A stretch of DNA of 63,928 bases, the filler included, from Octopus bimaculoides (Eukaryota), in the NCBI RefSeq assembly GCF_001194135.2. It is 4 parts of 3 records of this genome, joined end to end, with 100 filler letters (N's around TTAATTAATTAA, not from the genome) between each part and the next. Parts side by side here need not be neighbours in the genome. Positions count along the whole stretch, not along the records: positions 52,381 to 63,928 come from NC_069001.1; 3 more parts are not named here. One strand, 5' to 3'. The translations under genes were made by a program, and so were the position numbers. The notes beneath the pieces were generated by a model that did not search any database, was not told where the DNA came from, and saw only the letters and a list, made by a program, of their open reading frames with translations. This document shows, one piece after another, positions 63,586-63,928 of the stretch. The first letter of the stretch is position 1, and the number at the start of each line of letters is the position of its first letter.

Positions 63586-63850
63586 ATCCCTAAAACTCGA
63601 GAACTACGCAACCAATTTCATTCAAATTTTACACATGCCTTACTTAGGGTTCCAGTTGTGTTTTAGTCAAAAACATTTTTTAACTTCTTGCAGAGTTCGA
63701 GCCCACGGCAACATAATATCTCCTCCACTATTTAAGTATTACGTGTCAAAAGTGAAACAAAAACACTCATGTCAAATACTTTCACTTTAAAAATGAAACT
63801 ATTCCACTAACTGAAACAATCACATTTCAATACTGTAATGACAGATACTT
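63525..63850 (+). mobile_element. Non-autonomous Helitron, 5' part
   Basis: A|TCTATATATATAAAAATGAG start, a (GTCT/GT)n tract, then AACTACGCAACCAATTTCATTCAAATTTTACAC; no 3' hairpin/CTAG seen. Confidence 0.6.
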
Positions 63851-63928
63851 TCAGAGAGAGAGAAAGAGAGAGATGTATATGTATATATATATAGATGTAT
63901 ATGTACAAGTATATGTATAGATATATAT

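Overview
Repeat-dense, AT-rich eukaryotic scaffold segment, most likely from a cephalopod (Octopus-type): it has a molluscan hemocyanin exon, octopus-like tRNA-derived SINEs, abundant CA/AT/AAT/GATA microsatellites and many N gaps. Three gaps carry an artificial TTAATTAATTAA spacer marking contig joins. Almost all ORFs in the supplied track are microsatellite or gap artefacts. Host coding content I can support: (1) one intact exon of a hemocyanin functional unit (19708-20067, minus); (2) two in-frame exons of a GAPR-1/GLIPR2-like CAP-domain gene (60037-60198 and 62769-62891, plus), with possible weak upstream exons. The rest is mostly mobile DNA: nine fragments of R4/Dong-type non-LTR retrotransposons stacked in (TAA)n-type microsatellites, many SINEs, Tx1/L1 and RTE LINE pieces, two mariner relics, Helitron/Helentron and hAT-like non-autonomous elements, and a Penelope GIY-YIG fragment. 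The most notable non-obvious signal is a set of type I hammerhead-ribozyme motifs. One has a complete core and GUC cleavage site (47333-47381) and sits inside a 1.5-unit, 360-bp direct-repeat element, a retrozyme/Penelope-pLTR-like architecture. A second locus with the same layout (435-bp unit) lies at 41.7-42.5 kb. All calls were made by eye; family names are from memory and need database confirmation.
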